A DNA stretch of 64,000 nt from Octopus sinensis (Eukaryota). Both the position numbers and the translations under genes were made by a program. The notes beneath the pieces were generated by a model that saw nothing but the letters and a program-made list of their open reading frames with translations, made no database searches and had not been told where the DNA came from. This document shows, piece by piece, positions 63,617 through 64,000 of the stretch. The stretch spans positions 9,238,001-9,302,000 of the forward strand of contig NC_043011.1 of the NCBI RefSeq assembly GCF_006345805.1, read 5' to 3'. The first letter of the stretch is position 1. Each line of letters opens with the position of its first letter.

Positions 63617-64000
63617 ATTTCTTTATTCACCATAAGGTTGAGAAAAAGAAGGGACGATACGAGGACAGACAAAACAAACATTGGGGTCAGGGTATCGAAT
63701 GAGACGAAATGTATAAATAAACAAGCAATTAAATGATAATGAGGGAGAGAGAATGAATGCTTTAGAAGGGATAAAAGCAACGTAACTTCCATTGTGACCA
63801 ATACAGCCATGGAGATCTACTGCAGTCATCAATACTAACTGTTATAATCATCAATAACTTTTTAGTACCCACATTAAATTTTATAGCAATCAGCAGCTTG
63901 TATAGATATTAATACAAACTAATATTGTCAATTATATGAAGAAGAAATTGCATGGTTATTAGGTAGGACTGTATTTCTCTTGAAGTTCAGTGTTGTGCAG

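Noticed and set aside
1-64000. CRISPR array, rRNA, or prokaryotic operon
   Set aside because: No repeat-spacer array with unique spacers, no rRNA-like sequence and no gene-dense coding; the window is eukaryotic repeat-rich DNA.

Overview
AT-rich, microsatellite-saturated eukaryotic DNA with no recognisable multi-exon host gene. The repeat landscape (tRNA-derived SINEs, R4/Dong, RTE, Penelope, mariner) suggests an octopus or other coleoid cephalopod; that is inference, not a lookup. Most of the supplied ORFs are microsatellite translation artefacts. The main content is as follows. (1) A cluster of restriction-like-endonuclease (R4/Dong-type) LINEs sits in (TAA)n arrays. One 3.95-kb copy (17986-21931, minus) has only 1-bp homopolymer deletions as visible lesions and may be intact in vivo. 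(2) A second, diverged R4-type lineage is associated with (CATA)n arrays. (3) Penelope-like elements and at least four minimal type-I hammerhead ribozyme motifs occur. These include a cassette of tRNA-like Pol III head + (TAA)n + hammerhead, found both at the 3' end of a Penelope RT/GIY-YIG remnant (14375-14602) and as a stand-alone fold-back element (53674-54060). (4) Two mariner families, RTE/CR1/Tx1 fragments, two abundant SINE families and several fold-back or hairpin elements are present, including a perfect 34-bp hairpin at 6432-6503. (5) A probable false duplication flanks the 100-N gap, and a 1.13-kb tandem duplication lies at 2.6-4.8 kb. Two short candidate first coding exons (12408-12452 minus; 49839-49944 plus) are low-confidence. 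Many element boundaries are approximate to about 10-20 bp.
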